A stretch of 64,000 bases of DNA from Acidimicrobiales bacterium (GTDB taxonomy: Bacteria > Actinomycetota > Acidimicrobiia > Acidimicrobiales > AC-14), in contig JBPCJQ010000031.1 in the NCBI GenBank assembly GCA_051005135.1, positions 8,644 through 72,643 of the forward strand, in the 5' to 3' direction. The notes under the pieces are model-generated. The model was not told the DNA's origin. It did not search any database and saw only the letters and a program-made list of their open reading frames with translations. Both the position numbers and the translations under genes were made by a program. Shown here in pieces: positions 63,101 through 64,000 of this stretch (position 1 is the stretch's first letter; every line of letters begins with the position of its first letter).

Positions 63101-64000
63101 CGATGCCCATCTCGGCCTCGGGGCCGTGCTGGTAGGACTCGATGCGGATGGGCACCGCCACCCCTCCGGTGAGGGTCATGGGCGGGGCGACGTCGGGTTC
63201 CACCGCGGCGTCGGTCCAGTGGTCCTGGATGAGAGTGTTGTTCACCCACATGCGCATCCCGCCGTAGTGGCCGGTGTAGAACTGGTAGGAGAGCGACCCC
63301 GACCCCGGCGGGGTGAGCCAGCCTTCCCAGTGGACCATGAAGTTCTGGCGGTCCACGGCCGGGCCGGGGCTGGTGGCATGCCAGCGGAAGCCCACCTCGG
63401 GGTCACGGCGCACCATGGCCGGGGTCAGCCCGGCGAAGGAGTGCGTCGCCGTCGGGTCGTTGTAGTAAGTGCCAGCGAGGCCGCTCACCAGGGGGGCCTG
63501 GGAGTTGTACGCGTAGGTGAGGCCCACGGGGCCGCCCACGGTGGGAAACGTGGGGCTGGCCGCACCTACCTGGGCGTTGCCCGACACCAGGTTCACTGAC
63601 ATGCCGCCCACCTGGTCGCGGGGCAATGGGTCGCCCGCCCCCAGGTGGAGGTTGACTCCCAGGGCGCGCACCCAGTCGGGGGCCCTTCCTGCCATTCCGT
63701 CGTGGGTGTACACGTGCCAGGAGTAGCGGGCACCATCGGCGAGGATGCCCGGCTCGGGGGTGTAACAGATCCGGTTGGGCTGGCCCGCACACGGCCCCTG
63801 GGCAGGGGTGATCCAGCCCGAGTCTATGGCCTGAGTGCCGGTCTCGGCGTCGGGTGCAGGGGTGCCTCGGAACCAGTACCACAGGGGGTCGCCGTCGGCG
63901 TCGGTGGCGGCATTGACGGTCAGGGTGGGTGTGTCGGTGGCTACCGCCGCGTTGTCGATGGGCGACACGGGGGTGGCCACCGTGGGCAGGTGGTCGTAGG
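59442..64000 (-). CDS. RHS/YD-repeat protein with two PA14 domains, 5'-incomplete at the window edge, whose 3' end is an in-frame integrase fragment (chimeric ORF)
   Basis: ORF 59442..63980 stays open to base 64000. Many YD-type repeats (YDAGYRRTSATDAAGRVSTTVYD, YDDAGRVV, YDARGRVLT, YDAAGRPT, YDSAGEL, YDAAGRLT, YDGADRLT, YDAHGN). PA14-like segments at about 63081-63482 and 61503-61889. No RHS core end or toxin tip. Confidence 0.85.
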   Translation of the reverse strand, partial: YDHLPTVATPVSPIDNAAVATDTPTLTVNAATDADGDPLWYWFRGTPAPDAETGTQAIDSGWITPAQGPCAGQPNRICYTPEPGILADGARYSWHVYTHDGMAGRAPDWVRALGVNLHLGAGDPLPRDQVGGMSVNLVSGNAQVGAASPTFPTVGGPVGLTYAYNSQAPLVSGLAGTYYNDPTATHSFAGLTPAMVRRDPEVGFRWHATSPGPAVDRQNFMVHWEGWLTPPGSGSLSYQFYTGHYGGMRMWVNNTLIQDHWTDAAVEPDVAPPMTLTGGVAVPIRIESYQHGPEAEMGIAVIANIGPGGSQKVMEVPPSWLSGDNAALPQGWSMSPGHLGYVSARVSDGFVALADTSGGSHVYTWTGAGYAPPPGEDATLATDAAGLLSLHAPDGVTYGFDAWGALAFAGAATDDAAASSPGYVFSTDAAKPRRLVAITDPVGARQITLRYAGRDACPASAPPGMDAAAPPDTLCQVAYWDGTVTNVWYRAAQLARFEDPGGAVTDFAYTTGRITTIRNPGAADAVAAGTAPDNDTSRTLVAYDASPAPKVASVTLPVPNAGSLLPAPRPAHSYEYPSGTEARVHLAGLTEPAGFARKATFVANADGTYSTTDTDATARTTSATYDAGYRRTSATDAAGRVSTTVYDGDATRTTPTGRPTDSYGPAPAGCFGADRRPNASCSTAPAHTSTTFDTDPATGVALTGLGATYWANRTLSGLPGGHNAVGLGASGSPIAADPPAPGLGAGAWSGRYVGEIAFDQVGTYGFSVVLTGSARLFVDDAVVVDAGGDHPVPTTVSATLANTTTGRHRLRVDYATQGGSAPRLELRWAPPGISDAPLPAAKVFPRYSVPVRTTTDDATPGSPARVTVVDYDSLANGLVKTTTVDPGGLGLVTANAYEAPGAGRFMRPTASTTPAGTTTTHAYYGATEARTNPCGGGSANQAGAPRTTTGPDPDGPGPAVGRVAESVYDDAGRVVASRLNAEAWTCATYDARGRVLTRSVPAGGGAGARTVSYNYAVGANPLVTAIADPAGTITTGVDLLGRTTSYTDAWAKTTTSAYDQPGRLVSTDGPGGRRDTDYDAAGRPTAQHLADPGSPLAGPVLATPTYDSAGELASATYANASSLAAITRSPAGALSGLTWTAGGGGSLATDAVTRSQSGRVIDEAIDGTDAHPGPNFTYDAAGRLTAAWVPGHTLAYAFADTGGCGYLANAGRNSNRTTVVDNATTTTSCYDGADRLTSASDAAVGTPGYDAHGNTTTLGSQVMAYDGADRHTQTTTGPTKVLQAAVDGGLLMASPCHKVPLPKIETEEMRFLSPEEIAELAAAIAPRYRAFVLLKSYGGLRWSEMAGLRRGRLDTLRSSVRVAEQAVEVRGHMHFGPPKTRAGRRTVPLPRQVTEELVQHLAQYAEAGEDGLVFSGPAGGPLRAGSWRQRFWRPALQAAGLAPLRPHDLRHSAVSLWAAAGASPSEVAARAGHTSVAVVLDRYRHLFPAEVERTTGRLEAMFAPVNSLAEGTVVELYL

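Overview
High-GC (about two-thirds G+C by eye), gene-dense chromosomal segment. The gene content looks actinobacterial, possibly Acidimicrobiia-like, but that is inference only. Most long ORFs in the track are Arg/Pro/Gly-rich shadow frames. The real genes are tightly packed and often joined by ATGA, GTGA or TTGA stop/start overlaps.

Content from left to right:
- trpF-trpB-trpA.
- An eight-gene FAS-II operon: fabD, a biotin-less BCCP-like gene, fabH, fabG, acpP, fabF, an accD6-like gene and fabI.
- An envelope glycosyltransferase/deacetylase pair.
- tRNA-Leu and tRNA-Val(TAC), with a patch of small metal-binding-type genes.
- Two class A PBPs.
- A Calvin-cycle cluster: prk, class I fba and cbbR, divergent from red-type cbbL-cbbS.
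- tRNA-Cys followed by a toxin-antitoxin pair and an internally duplicated orphan protein.
- pyk.
- A Fur-family regulator with a metal ABC importer.
- tRNA-Val(GAC) with vapBC.
- A peptide/nickel-type ABC importer plus an FmdE-family gene.
- Aconitase and gltB.
- A tightly coupled five-gene lipid-like operon: GT4, acyl reductase-HAD fusion, Zn-ADH, LarA-like/DUF2088 and PlsC-like acyltransferase.
- tRNA-Val(CAC), abutting a truncated tyrosine integrase that is fused in frame to a large truncated RHS/YD-repeat protein carrying two PA14 domains.

No rRNA, CRISPR array or intact IS element was seen.

Most notable observations:
- the uncharacterised lipid-like operon;
- the RHS-integrase chimera;
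- the biotin-less BCCP-like gene inside the FAS-II operon;
- a DUF1059-like gene with TGA at a conserved Cys position plus a frameshift, in an ORF missing from the supplied track;
- two housekeeping genes (pyk, acn) whose conserved N-termini lie upstream of any ATG/GTG/TTG.
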